Source of the DNA: an uncultured Gemmatimonadaceae bacterium
Lineage (GTDB): Bacteria; Gemmatimonadota; Gemmatimonadetes; Gemmatimonadales; Gemmatimonadaceae
Direction: 5' to 3'
Length of the DNA: 64,000 bases
NCBI GenBank assembly: GCA_963817955.1
Contig: CAWFQK010000007.1
Location: 113,432-177,431 of the forward strand
This document shows, piece after piece, positions 18,821 through 28,538 of this stretch. The notes under the pieces were generated by a model that was given only the letters and a program-made list of their open reading frames with translations, was not told where the DNA came from and ran no database searches. The position numbers and the translations under genes were made by a program. How positions within the stretch are numbered: the first letter of the stretch is position 1; each line of letters begins with the position of its first letter.

Positions 18821-19260
18821 CGCACTTCGCCGCGGAACCCGAGGGGAATTACCGGCACGCTCAGACGCACACCAGCCGCGACGGAAGGTGTGAGCTGACT
18901 CGTGAGCGCACCGGGGCCGCTGACCGCTTTGAACCAGCCAAGTCCGGCGCCGACATAGGGGCGCACCAGCATGGGAAGGAGCTGGTACTGAAGCTGTGCT
19001 TCGGGAATGACATACGTGCGCCGTCCGCCGCTCAACTGTTCATCGGGGCGCATGATGCCCAGGCTTCCTTCGGCTAGCAGTACGAGCAGCGGAACATCGA
19101 CGCGTAGCGCGCCGAACGGAGTGGTGCCTGAGTTGGCGAGCGAATAACTCGACACGCCGCCATTGACGCTCATCAATGGAATTGGCAGCTGCGCACTCGC
19201 TAGGGACGGCGTGAGCAGTAGTGCGGCGAGCAGGCCGCTGCGGAACAGGGCGGTGCGCAT
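18754..19260 (-). CDS. Small outer-membrane beta-barrel protein
   Basis: Signal peptide ending ASA-Q, RPYVGAGLG, alternating beta-strands and terminal aromatic W. Alternative start at 19275. Confidence 0.7.
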   Translation of the reverse strand: MRTALFRSGLLAALLLTPSLASAQLPIPLMSVNGGVSSYSLANSGTTPFGALRVDVPLLVLLAEGSLGIMRPDEQLSGGRRTYVIPEAQLQYQLLPMLVRPYVGAGLGWFKAVSGPGALTSQLTPSVAAGVRLSVPVIPLGFRGEVRYRGVGSGFSQHATEFTIGVNW

Positions 19261-19348
19261 TACGTCGTTGGTCATAAGGAGGGCGTCGGCAGGGGACCAG
19301 TGTGAGCGAAACACTCCATCTTCGGAGCGCCAGCGGGGTCAACTGTAA

Positions 19349-19354
19349 TATAAT
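19349..19354 (+). promoter_or_regulatory. Candidate sigma70 -10 box
   Basis: Perfect TATAAT in an AT-rich patch about 57 bp upstream of the 19411 ATG; no clear -35 box. Confidence 0.35.
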
Positions 19355-19410
19355 TGTGCACGGAGCGCGAGCCTCTCATGGCTGGGCGTTCATCGACGTA
19401 TATTGCGCTG

Positions 19411-19833
19411 ATGCGAGTGTTGTGTGTCGGCCGTCATCCGTTTCTGAGCGAACACCTCGCTCACTTCTTCGAGCAGTTCGGTGTGGACACTGTACCGTGC
19501 GTCGGCATGGCCGAAGCGATGAATCAAGTGTCCACGCAACATCCAGATGCCGTCATCTGTGACTACGATCTGCTCGCCACGATGTCCCTGACGGCTTGGG
19601 AGACCGACCCCGCGCTGTCCAGTCTGCCGTTGATCGCCGTGAGCCTGACGCGGCATCCCGGTGAGGCACACCTGCTGGACATCAGCGGGATCGCCGGATT
19701 CCTCTATCTGCCGACGTTGAACGCCGACGACGCGCAACGCGTCCTCGGCGCGGTGCGGCGGAGGTGCGGCGGCATCAATCCACCCAACGTGCTTCCGTGG
19801 ACGGAGACGAGACCGGTCGCGCAGCATCGCTGA
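19411..19833 (+). CDS. Atypical (pseudo-)receiver domain protein
   Basis: Receiver-like fold pattern (RVLCV..PDAVICD..PLIAVS..AGFLYLP) lacking the acidic pocket and the conserved Lys. Confidence 0.7.
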   Translation: MRVLCVGRHPFLSEHLAHFFEQFGVDTVPCVGMAEAMNQVSTQHPDAVICDYDLLATMSLTAWETDPALSSLPLIAVSLTRHPGEAHLLDISGIAGFLYLPTLNADDAQRVLGAVRRRCGGINPPNVLPWTETRPVAQHR

Positions 19834-21212
19834 CCGACGGCGGCCGGGGCGATGATGCTCGCGCCTTCTTCCCCGCCAAGGCACTGCTCGACGCGCTGCA
19901 TTCCACAGGCGCCGACGGCGTGCTACGTCGAGTCGTTCTTCACGATGCGCTCCGTTTAGAGCTCGACGCCAGCATCTGTCGAACGGAGGATGGTGCGTTG
20001 CTGCTCGGACTCAACCAGCCCGTTTCCGACGCCGACAGCGACGCGTTGCGTCACCTGGCTCGGCGCATGGCCGGCGAGACCGACACCAGCGCGTTGCTCG
20101 AAATACTGTGCACGGCCGGAGCAGCGCAGTGTGGAGGGAACGGCGCGGCGGTATTGCGCGCCTTGCCCAACGAAGGCGAACTCATTGCGGCGAGCGGCCC
20201 GCTGGTCGTCGCGCGTGGTCGCCGGTTCGCCTTGCCTGGCTCGCTCCTGCGCGAAGTACAGCGGACGCGCGACGTTGTTGCGGTATCCGATTTCAGTGGA
20301 TCGACCCGTCCACTATCCGATGTGATGCCTGAAATCCGCATCGGACCGATGCTCCTTGCCCCGTTGATCGCGCACGACGTCATGCTCGGCGTGCTCGCGG
20401 TGACGCGCGACCTCGGCACACCGCCCTTTTCTCGTCGCGAAACGTCTCGGTTGCGCGTCATTGCCGACTATGCGGCAGTCGCGTTGTGGAAAGCCGAGTT
20501 GCTGGAAGAAGCGCAGGCGGCGGACCGTGCGAAGAGCCGCTTCTTGGCCACCGTTTCGCATGAGCTGCGCACGCCGCTCACCGCACTCGCCGGGTACGAA
20601 GAGCTGCTCGTCGACCAAGTGATCGGTCCACTGTCGGAGAACCAGATCGACGTGCTCGAACGCATGCGGTCCGTCACACAACACCTTGCAACAGTCATCG
20701 AGGAGATGCTCGCCTTTTCGAGTCTGGACGAGGGACGCGAACGCGTGCGTCCCACCGACTTTCTGGCCGCTGACATTGTACACGCGGCCGCGGCGATCAT
20801 CGAGCCGCTGGCGCGACAGAAGCATCTCGTGTTCAGCGTCCGCGTTCCGGATGAAGCCATCCGCGTCACGAGCGACATCGACAAGGTGCGGCAGGTGCTC
20901 GTCAATCTGGCCGGGAACGCGGTGAAGTTTACGGATGCCGGCGACGTGCGCCTCGAACTGACTCTTGCTGACGGCATGGTACGATTCACCATTCGTGACA
21001 CTGGCATTGGAATCGCGCGCGCCGATATCGAGCGGCTGTTCAAACCGTTTGCGCAACTCGACACCGGTCTGACGCGGCGACACGGCGGCACGGGGCTGGG
21101 CCTGTACATTTCCCGGGGCATCGCAAAGCTGCTGGGGGGTACCATCGAAGTGCAATCTGAGACCGGGAAGGGTTCGGCATTCACACTCGTCCTGCCGATG
21201 GACGAAGGCTAA
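19797..21212 (+). CDS. GAF-domain sensor histidine kinase
   Basis: GAF domain, FLATVSHELRTPL, NLAGNAVKFT and GGTGLGL. Start uncertain. Confidence 0.85.
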   Translation: MDGDETGRAASLTDGGRGDDARAFFPAKALLDALHSTGADGVLRRVVLHDALRLELDASICRTEDGALLLGLNQPVSDADSDALRHLARRMAGETDTSALLEILCTAGAAQCGGNGAAVLRALPNEGELIAASGPLVVARGRRFALPGSLLREVQRTRDVVAVSDFSGSTRPLSDVMPEIRIGPMLLAPLIAHDVMLGVLAVTRDLGTPPFSRRETSRLRVIADYAAVALWKAELLEEAQAADRAKSRFLATVSHELRTPLTALAGYEELLVDQVIGPLSENQIDVLERMRSVTQHLATVIEEMLAFSSLDEGRERVRPTDFLAADIVHAAAAIIEPLARQKHLVFSVRVPDEAIRVTSDIDKVRQVLVNLAGNAVKFTDAGDVRLELTLADGMVRFTIRDTGIGIARADIERLFKPFAQLDTGLTRRHGGTGLGLYISRGIAKLLGGTIEVQSETGKGSAFTLVLPMDEG

Positions 21213-21253
21213 CTGCACGACCTGCGCTCGGCCCGGCGTTAGATTTTTAGACT

Positions 21254-24001
21254 ATGTCCAGCAGCCTTCCCATTACGAGCGTCTTCAACGACGGGTACAT
21301 CGCGGAGGCGTACGAATCGTACCGCCGCGATCCCGCGTCGGTCGACGAATCATGGCGCCAGTTTTTCCGTGTCGCCGAACGGTTCTCTGGCCCCGCAGCC
21401 GCGCCGGGTGGGTACGACGCATCGCTTCTTCGCAAGGCCGCTGGCGCGGCGTCGTTGCTCGGCGCCATTCAGCGGTACGGCCACCTCGCCGTATCACTCG
21501 ATCCACTCGGCACACCGCCTCCCGGCGCCGCCGAGCTCAAGCCAGAGTTTCACGGCATCACTGAAGCCGATCTCCTGCAGATTCCTGCCTCCGCCGTCGG
21601 CGGCGACGCCGGCACCGCTGCGGATGTCGTCCAGCGCATGCGCGAGGACTACTGTGGTGCACTGGGCTACGAATTCGAACATCTCGGAGAAGACAACGAG
21701 CGGGAATGGTTCCGCACCATGGTCGAGTCGGGCCGGGCAACCACGCCGCTGACAGCAGATGAGAAGAAGGCATTGCTTCGGCGACTCACTGAAGTGGACG
21801 GTCTGGAACGTTTCCTCGGTCTTGCCTACGTCAGCGTCAAGCGCTTTTCCATTGAAGGCGTGGACGCGCTCGTGCCGATGATCGACGAAGCCATCGCCCG
21901 CGCCGCGGAGCTGGGCGCGCATCAGATCGTGATCGGCATGGCGCATCGCGGCAGACTCAACGTGCTCACGCACGTCATGGGAAAGACGTATCGCGAACTG
22001 CTCGACGAGTTCGAGGGGCGCCATCCGCCGGCGAATGCCAAGGCCGACACGGGCGACGTGAAGTACCACAAGGGATATCGCAGTACGCGCGACATCGTGG
22101 GCGCGGGATCGGTGGCGCTCGAACTGGTGCCCAACCCGAGTCATCTCGAGCTCGTGAACCCTGTCGCGGCGGGCATGGCACGCGCGTGGCAGCGCGTGCA
22201 CGGGGCCGCGCCGAACACCCGCGATGAATCGAGTGTGCTGCCGATCGTCGTGCACGGCGACTCGTCGTTTCCCGGCGAGGGGGTGGTGTCGGAGACGCTC
22301 AACCTGTCGCTCCTGCGTGGATATCGCGTGGGCGGGACGCTGCACATCATCGCCAACAATCAGGTCGGTTTCACCACCGATCCGATCGACGCACGTTCCA
22401 CGCATTATTCGAGTGACCTTGCGAAGGGCTTCGAGATTCCGGTGGTGCACGTGAACGCTGACGACGCGGAGGCCTGTCTGCAGGCCGTTCGACTTGCTGC
22501 CGCCTATCGCCAGCGGTTCAAGAAGGACTTTCTCATCGACCTCGTCGGCTATCGCCGTCACGGCCACAACGAGTCGGATCAGCCGGCGTTCACGCAGCCG
22601 CTGATGTACAAGATCATCACGGAGCATCCAAGCCCGCGCGAAGTGTTCGGTGCGCGCCTGGTGCGCGAGCGCGTCATGACGGAGGACGAGGTAAAGGCGG
22701 CCGACAAGGCGCTGTCTGATCGGCTGCAGTCGATCTATCAGGAGATGAAGCAGGCCGCCGCTGCCGAGACCCAGAGCGAGCCACCGGTGGCGGATACATC
22801 CGCGCCGCCGCCGAACACGGCGGTGCGAGCCGAGAAGCTCGTCGCACTGAACGAACAGCTGCTGAGCTGGCCCTCGACCTTCAAGCTGCACCCCACCATG
22901 CAACGCACGCTGCCGCGCCGGCGCGACACGATCAACAGTGGCGGCATCGACTGGGGGCATGCCGAAGCTCTGGCGTTCGCGTCCCTGCTCACCGAAGGCA
23001 CGAGCGTGCGGCTGACCGGCCAGGATAGCGAGCGGGGCACGTTCTCGCACCGCCAGGTGGTGCTCCACGAGGTGAACACGGGCGAGACCTTCACGCCGCT
23101 TGCGAATCTGCCGCAGGCGACGGGCGCATTTGAGGTCTATAATAGCCCGCTGTCGGAGACTGCGGCGCTCGGGTTCGAGTACGGCTTCAGCGTCGCGGCG
23201 CTGGACGATCTGGTGCTCTGGGAGGCGCAGTACGGCGATTTCGCCAACGTTGCGCAGCCGGTCATCGATCAGTTCATCTCCGCCGGCCGTGCCAAGTGGC
23301 GACAGTCGTCCGGGCTCGTCCTGCTCCTCCCGCACGGCTACGAAGGACAGGGTCCCGAGCATTCGAGCGCGCGGCTCGAGCGCTACCTGCAAATGTCGGC
23401 CGACGCGAACATGATCGTGGCGTATCCGTCCACGCCGGCGCAGTACTTTCACCTCTTGCGCCGCCAGGGCATGAACCGGCCGCGCCGGCCACTGGTGGTC
23501 ATGGCGCCGAAGTCGTTGCTGCGGCTCCCCGCCGCGGCATCCAAGCTCGAGGAGCTCTCCGCTGGATCTTTCCAGCCCGTGATGGATGATCCGGCCATGA
23601 CGGAGAAGCGTGATGGCGTGCAGCGTCTCGTGTTCTGTACGGGTCGCATCTATTACGATCTCATCGCCGCCGAACATGCCGCCAACGTGGCGATCGTTCG
23701 TGTCGAGGAGCTGGCGCCCTGGCCGCGCGAAATCGGCGAGATCGTCGATCAGTATCCGACGGTCGAGGACGTGGTGTGGGTTCAGGAAGAGCCGAAGAAC
23801 ATGGGCGCGTGGACGTATGTGCAGCCGAGGCTCCGCGCGTCGATTGGCACCATGACGACACTTCGCTACATCGGTCGTCCGGAACGTGCGAGCCCGGCTG
23901 AGGGCTATCAGGATTCACACAAGACCGAACAGGCGCGCATCGTGAAAGACGCGATGACGTATACGCCTGTCTCGAAGCGAAAGGTCGGCTCGGGTCGCTG
24001 A
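21254..24001 (+). CDS. sucA: 2-oxoglutarate dehydrogenase E1 component
   Basis: KRFSIEG, GMAHRGRLN, GDVKYH, NPSHLE, YRRHGHNE and LLPHGYEGQGPEHSSAR. Confidence 0.95.
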   Translation: MSSSLPITSVFNDGYIAEAYESYRRDPASVDESWRQFFRVAERFSGPAAAPGGYDASLLRKAAGAASLLGAIQRYGHLAVSLDPLGTPPPGAAELKPEFHGITEADLLQIPASAVGGDAGTAADVVQRMREDYCGALGYEFEHLGEDNEREWFRTMVESGRATTPLTADEKKALLRRLTEVDGLERFLGLAYVSVKRFSIEGVDALVPMIDEAIARAAELGAHQIVIGMAHRGRLNVLTHVMGKTYRELLDEFEGRHPPANAKADTGDVKYHKGYRSTRDIVGAGSVALELVPNPSHLELVNPVAAGMARAWQRVHGAAPNTRDESSVLPIVVHGDSSFPGEGVVSETLNLSLLRGYRVGGTLHIIANNQVGFTTDPIDARSTHYSSDLAKGFEIPVVHVNADDAEACLQAVRLAAAYRQRFKKDFLIDLVGYRRHGHNESDQPAFTQPLMYKIITEHPSPREVFGARLVRERVMTEDEVKAADKALSDRLQSIYQEMKQAAAAETQSEPPVADTSAPPPNTAVRAEKLVALNEQLLSWPSTFKLHPTMQRTLPRRRDTINSGGIDWGHAEALAFASLLTEGTSVRLTGQDSERGTFSHRQVVLHEVNTGETFTPLANLPQATGAFEVYNSPLSETAALGFEYGFSVAALDDLVLWEAQYGDFANVAQPVIDQFISAGRAKWRQSSGLVLLLPHGYEGQGPEHSSARLERYLQMSADANMIVAYPSTPAQYFHLLRRQGMNRPRRPLVVMAPKSLLRLPAAASKLEELSAGSFQPVMDDPAMTEKRDGVQRLVFCTGRIYYDLIAAEHAANVAIVRVEELAPWPREIGEIVDQYPTVEDVVWVQEEPKNMGAWTYVQPRLRASIGTMTTLRYIGRPERASPAEGYQDSHKTEQARIVKDAMTYTPVSKRKVGSGR

Positions 24002-24041
24002 CCTCCACGAGTTGCAGGTAGGCCTACATCGAGGATACCGA

Positions 24042-26699
24042 GTGTTGAAACGAGTATTCGTTGCTCTTGTCAGTCTACTGTTCATCGGTGCGCCGCGCCT
24101 CTCTGCTCAGGAGCGCGGCGCCGCTGCGTTGGGCGAGTTGGTGCAGGGGCTCGGGACCACGACCCGCGTGTTGATGATCGGGGCGCACCCGGACGACGAG
24201 GATACGCAGCTCATTGCATACCTCGCGAAGGGGCGGCACGTCGAGACGGCCTATCTGTCGCTCACGCGTGGGGATGGCGGGCAGAATCTCATTGGGAACG
24301 AGCTCGGCGAAGTGCTCGGAATGATTCGCACCGAGGAACTGCTCGCCGCTCGCCGCATTGACGGCGGTCGCCAGTACTTCACTCGCGCATACGACTTCGG
24401 CTTCTCCAAGACGATCGACGAGACCTATCGGCATTGGCCGAAAGATTCGATTCTGAAGGACATGGTCGCGATCGTGCGCGCCTTCCGTCCGCAGGTGATC
24501 ATCTCGGTGTGGTCGGGGACGCCGGCGGATGGACACGGGCATCATCAGTACTCGGGTGTCGTTGCGCGCGAGGTGTTCGATGCCGCGGCCGACACCGTTC
24601 GCTTTCCCGCAGCGAAACTCGGCGGACTCCCGCCGTGGACACCACTCAAATTCTACCGGAGCGCCCGCCGCGGCGGCGGAACACTGACGTTCAATGTCGG
24701 CGAGTACGATCCGCTCATCGGTCGTACGTATTCGGAACTTGCCACCGAGAGCCGCTCGCAACATCGCTCGCAAGGGCAGGGCGGATTGCCCGAGCTCGGG
24801 GTGCGACTCGATGGCGTACGACTGGAGGTCTCGCGCGTGAGCGACGCAGCGGCGCCTGAGTCGGGACTGTTCACGGGGATCGACACAGGCTGGACACGGT
24901 TCAAGTCGCTGCGTCTTGTCGATTCGGCGCGCACGGGCCTGGATTCACTGACGATTGCGCAGGCGGCGGTGCTGCAGGCCACTGATCTCGTTGGCCCAGC
25001 GACCATGGTTGCGCCGCTGGCGAATTATGTGCGACTCGCGCAACGCGCGGCGAGTGGCATTCGGTGCACCACGCTCGAGGCGATCGGGCCGGCGTCCCCG
25101 CCACCCTGTTCCGGCGCGGTGGGCGATCTGGCGCTCGCGCTCGCGGCGACGCGCGAACGTGCCAGCGCCGCGCTCCTCCTTGCCGCCGGGGTCACGGTCC
25201 AAGCCACTGCCGCTCGCGCCATCGTTGCCGAGGGCGATAGCATGCCGATTAGCGTGTCGGTATACAACGAAGGGAAGATCCCGGTCATGCTCGCGCGCGC
25301 GGCCGTCGTCGGCCAACCGGCGCTCGTTCCGTCTTCACCACGTGCGATCCTTCCCGACAGCACCGCGCGTGAAACGCTCAGCTATCACGCTGGCATTGCC
25401 CGTTCCGTTTCCTGGTGGCTCCGCCGCCCTCGTGTCGGCGATATGTTCGTCCAGAACGCGACGCAACACGATGCGTTCGTTGCCCCGGAAATGGTCATGG
25501 GGGAAGATCGCGTTCAGGAATCAGGCGTCGACGCAGAGATCCGCATTGGCGCCGTGCAGGTGCCGGTGCAGACCGGTCCGATCGTCTACCGGTACGCGGA
25601 CCCGGTGCGCGGTGAGGTGCGCCGCCCGATTGTGGTGGTGCCGGCGCTGACGGTCCTGCTTCAGCATGAAGTGGAGTACGCGCGCGCCGAGGTTCCGTTC
25701 GACCGCACGATGATGGTGTTCGTCCACTCGGCTGCGACCGTCCCGCGTGAGGTCGCAGTGTCGCTCGTGCTGCCCGAGGGACTCCGCACCGACTCTGCCA
25801 TTCGTCGGCTCACGCTCGCGCCCTTCGGCGACGCACGTCTCTATTTTCGCGTTCAGGGCCGCTTGATGACCGGCCGCCATCAGATCCTGGCGAACGCAAG
25901 GATCGGCAACGACATCTACTCGCTCGGCTTTGTGCCGATCGAGTTCGAGCATATTCCGCCGTTGCAGTACTATCGCCCGTCCGACGTGCAACTGCAGGCG
26001 GTGAACGCGAGCTATGGCGATCTTCGCATTGGATATATCACGGGAGTGGGCGACAACGTGATGCCGATGCTCGAAGAGCTCGGGTTGCCGGTGACGGAGC
26101 TCGACCCCGCGACGCTTCCACAGCTCAATCTTTCGAAGTTCAGTGCCATCGTCGTCGGTCCACGCGCCTATGAAGCGAGTCCGGCACTCGTGGCCAACAA
26201 CCCCGTGCTCATGAACTACGTTCGCAACGGCGGCACGATGGTCACGCAGTACGGCCAGCTCAGGTACACCGAGCCTGGCATTCTGCCGTATCCGGTGACG
26301 CTGGCGCGGCCGGTGGCCGATCGCGTGACCGATGAGGACGCGCCAGTCCGCGTGCTCGATCCGAGCTCTCGGCTCCTGCTGTCGCCGAACCGCATCACCG
26401 ACAGCGACTTCGCAAACTGGGTTCAGGAGCGCGCGTCGTACATGCCGCGGACGTTCGACGCGGCATATCATCCGCTGTTCTCCATGAACGACCCGGGCGA
26501 GCCACCGAACGCCGCGGCGGTGCTCGTCGCGTCGCTGGGGAAGGGGACGTACGTGTATACGACGCTTTCGTTCTTCCGCCAGCTGCCGGCGGGTAACCCC
26601 GGCGCGGCGCGTCTCTTCATCAACCTGCTGTCGGCTGATCAGCGGGCGATCGCACGGCCGGCGATACTGCCAGCGCCCGTGCAGCCGGAACATCAATGA
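24042..26699 (+). CDS. Exported PIG-L family deacetylase with C-terminal accessory domains
   Basis: Signal peptide ending LSA-Q, AHPDDED, TRGDGGQN, DFGFSK, HGHH and FFRQLPAG. Confidence 0.9.
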   Translation: MLKRVFVALVSLLFIGAPRLSAQERGAAALGELVQGLGTTTRVLMIGAHPDDEDTQLIAYLAKGRHVETAYLSLTRGDGGQNLIGNELGEVLGMIRTEELLAARRIDGGRQYFTRAYDFGFSKTIDETYRHWPKDSILKDMVAIVRAFRPQVIISVWSGTPADGHGHHQYSGVVAREVFDAAADTVRFPAAKLGGLPPWTPLKFYRSARRGGGTLTFNVGEYDPLIGRTYSELATESRSQHRSQGQGGLPELGVRLDGVRLEVSRVSDAAAPESGLFTGIDTGWTRFKSLRLVDSARTGLDSLTIAQAAVLQATDLVGPATMVAPLANYVRLAQRAASGIRCTTLEAIGPASPPPCSGAVGDLALALAATRERASAALLLAAGVTVQATAARAIVAEGDSMPISVSVYNEGKIPVMLARAAVVGQPALVPSSPRAILPDSTARETLSYHAGIARSVSWWLRRPRVGDMFVQNATQHDAFVAPEMVMGEDRVQESGVDAEIRIGAVQVPVQTGPIVYRYADPVRGEVRRPIVVVPALTVLLQHEVEYARAEVPFDRTMMVFVHSAATVPREVAVSLVLPEGLRTDSAIRRLTLAPFGDARLYFRVQGRLMTGRHQILANARIGNDIYSLGFVPIEFEHIPPLQYYRPSDVQLQAVNASYGDLRIGYITGVGDNVMPMLEELGLPVTELDPATLPQLNLSKFSAIVVGPRAYEASPALVANNPVLMNYVRNGGTMVTQYGQLRYTEPGILPYPVTLARPVADRVTDEDAPVRVLDPSSRLLLSPNRITDSDFANWVQERASYMPRTFDAAYHPLFSMNDPGEPPNAAAVLVASLGKGTYVYTTLSFFRQLPAGNPGAARLFINLLSADQRAIARPAILPAPVQPEHQ

Positions 26700-26809
26700 G
26701 CGAACGCGACGCGAGGCGGCGTTTTCAGCGCACCTTGGCGAGCGTGATGGCGGTGCAGGTCGTTACGCTCCTGCTCCTCTGGACGTTACAGCGCTGCTAC
26801 TCGGCATGA
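26696..26809 (+). CDS. Small single-TM membrane protein (37 aa; not in the ORF track)
   Basis: MSERDARRRFQRTLASVMAVQVVTLLLLWTLQRCYSA; ATGA overlap with the upstream stop; fills the gap before the symporter. Confidence 0.7.
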   Translation: MSERDARRRFQRTLASVMAVQVVTLLLLWTLQRCYSA

Positions 26810-26831
26810 TCACTCACGCTCCCGAGGATCC

Positions 26832-28400
26832 GTGCATCTACTGGACTGGGTGATCGTCGTCGGATGGCTGACGTATGTCGTCAGCCATGGTCTGCGCCGA
26901 TCGCGCGGCACCAAGGAAATCGAAGGCTATTTCCTTGGCCATCGCAGCATCCCCTGGTGGGCGGTCGGCCTGTCGGTCATGGCGACGCAGCTCTCCGCCG
27001 TGACAATGATCGGCACCACGGGTCAGGGCGCCACCGACGGAATGCGCTTCGTGCAGTTCTACTTCGGATTGCCGTTGGCGATGGTCATCCTCGGCGTGAC
27101 GCTCGTGCCGTTTCTTCATGGCGCGCGCGTGTACACGGCGTACGAGTATCTCGAGCGGCGCTTCGATGCGAAGACGCGCTCGCTCACTGCATTTCTCTTT
27201 CTGATCTCACGCGGCATGTCGTGCGGCACGATCATCGCCGCGCCGGCCGTCGTGTTCTCGGCGGTATTCGGCTGGAGTCTCCCTGTGTGCGTCGCCGTGA
27301 TCGGCGTGCCGGCGGTGCTGTATACGATGATCGGGGGTGTCCAGGCGGTCACGTGGGTGGACGTGAAGCAGATGATGCTCATCGTCACGGCATTGGTGGC
27401 GATCATCGTGACACTGCTCATCCAGATTCCGGTGTCGCCGGCCGCCGCGCTGCACCTCGCCGGAGCGGCGGGCCGCCTCCGCGTCTTCGACTTCTCGTTC
27501 AGTCTCACGAATACCTACACGTTCTGGTCGGGTATGATCGGCGGCACGTTCCTCATGCTCTCGTACTTCGGCACCGACCAGAGCCAGGTGCAGCGCTATC
27601 TATCGGCGAGGTCCGTGGACGAGGCGCGCACGTCATTGTTGGTCAGTGCCTACTGGAAGATTCCGCTTCAGGCGCTCGTGCTGCTCGTGGGCGTGCTGGT
27701 GTTCGTGTTCTACCAGTATCACACGCCGCCGCTGTTGTTCAATCCGGCGCATGAGCGTGCCGTGCGCACTGCTCAGCCGGCGGCGTACGCGGACCTGGAG
27801 CGGCGGTGGAACGCGACCACCGTTCCCGCGGCGCACGATACGATTCGAGCCGAGGCCTTGGCACTGGCATCGAAGGTGACGGGCCAGCCGTCGAAGGATG
27901 TGAATTATATCATTCCGCGATTCGTGATCGACCATATGCCGATCGGACTCGCTGGGCTATTCATCGCGGCGATCATTGCCGCGGCGATGAACGCCATTTC
28001 TGGTGAGCTGAATTCGCTGTCCACCACGACGGTCATCGACTTCTATCGGCGTTGGATACATGCCGAAGCACCCGACGCGCACCTGCTCGTTGTTTCCCGC
28101 GTTGCCACCGCGGCATGGGGGATTTTTGCATGCGTTGTGGCGACGTATGCGGTGAGTCTCGGGTCACTCATCGAGGTGGTGAACCGCTTCGGATCCTTCT
28201 TCTACGGATCGATTCTCGGAGTATTTCTGTTGGCCATGACGCCCCGCGCGCGCGCGGCGGGCGCATTCTTCGGGCTCTTGACCGGCATGGCGGCAGTTGC
28301 GGCGGTCAACTTTGGTGCACCCTCGGTGTCGTTCCTGTGGCACAACGTCGTCGGCGCCGTTACGGTGGTGATCGTCGGATTGGCGATCAGCATGCTGTGA
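26832..28400 (+). CDS. Sodium:solute symporter
   Basis: YFLG..PWWAVGLSVMATQLSA, YEYLERRF and GTDQSQVQRYL; many TM helices. Confidence 0.9.
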   Translation: MHLLDWVIVVGWLTYVVSHGLRRSRGTKEIEGYFLGHRSIPWWAVGLSVMATQLSAVTMIGTTGQGATDGMRFVQFYFGLPLAMVILGVTLVPFLHGARVYTAYEYLERRFDAKTRSLTAFLFLISRGMSCGTIIAAPAVVFSAVFGWSLPVCVAVIGVPAVLYTMIGGVQAVTWVDVKQMMLIVTALVAIIVTLLIQIPVSPAAALHLAGAAGRLRVFDFSFSLTNTYTFWSGMIGGTFLMLSYFGTDQSQVQRYLSARSVDEARTSLLVSAYWKIPLQALVLLVGVLVFVFYQYHTPPLLFNPAHERAVRTAQPAAYADLERRWNATTVPAAHDTIRAEALALASKVTGQPSKDVNYIIPRFVIDHMPIGLAGLFIAAIIAAAMNAISGELNSLSTTTVIDFYRRWIHAEAPDAHLLVVSRVATAAWGIFACVVATYAVSLGSLIEVVNRFGSFFYGSILGVFLLAMTPRARAAGAFFGLLTGMAAVAAVNFGAPSVSFLWHNVVGAVTVVIVGLAISML

Positions 28401-28538
28401 CACGGTGTAGTATGTTCTGTTGTCCTCCGGGCAATACATCTGTTCATTGTTGCGGGCGGCTGTCGCCATCCGTCCTGGGACGGGCCACGTAGCCACTCAT
28501 TTGCCGCTTCGTCTGCACGGTCTCACCTTGGTTCTTCT

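Noticed and set aside
21494..23677. 727-aa minus-strand ORF
   Set aside because: Antisense shadow of sucA, as expected from GC-rich codon bias; no domain motifs.
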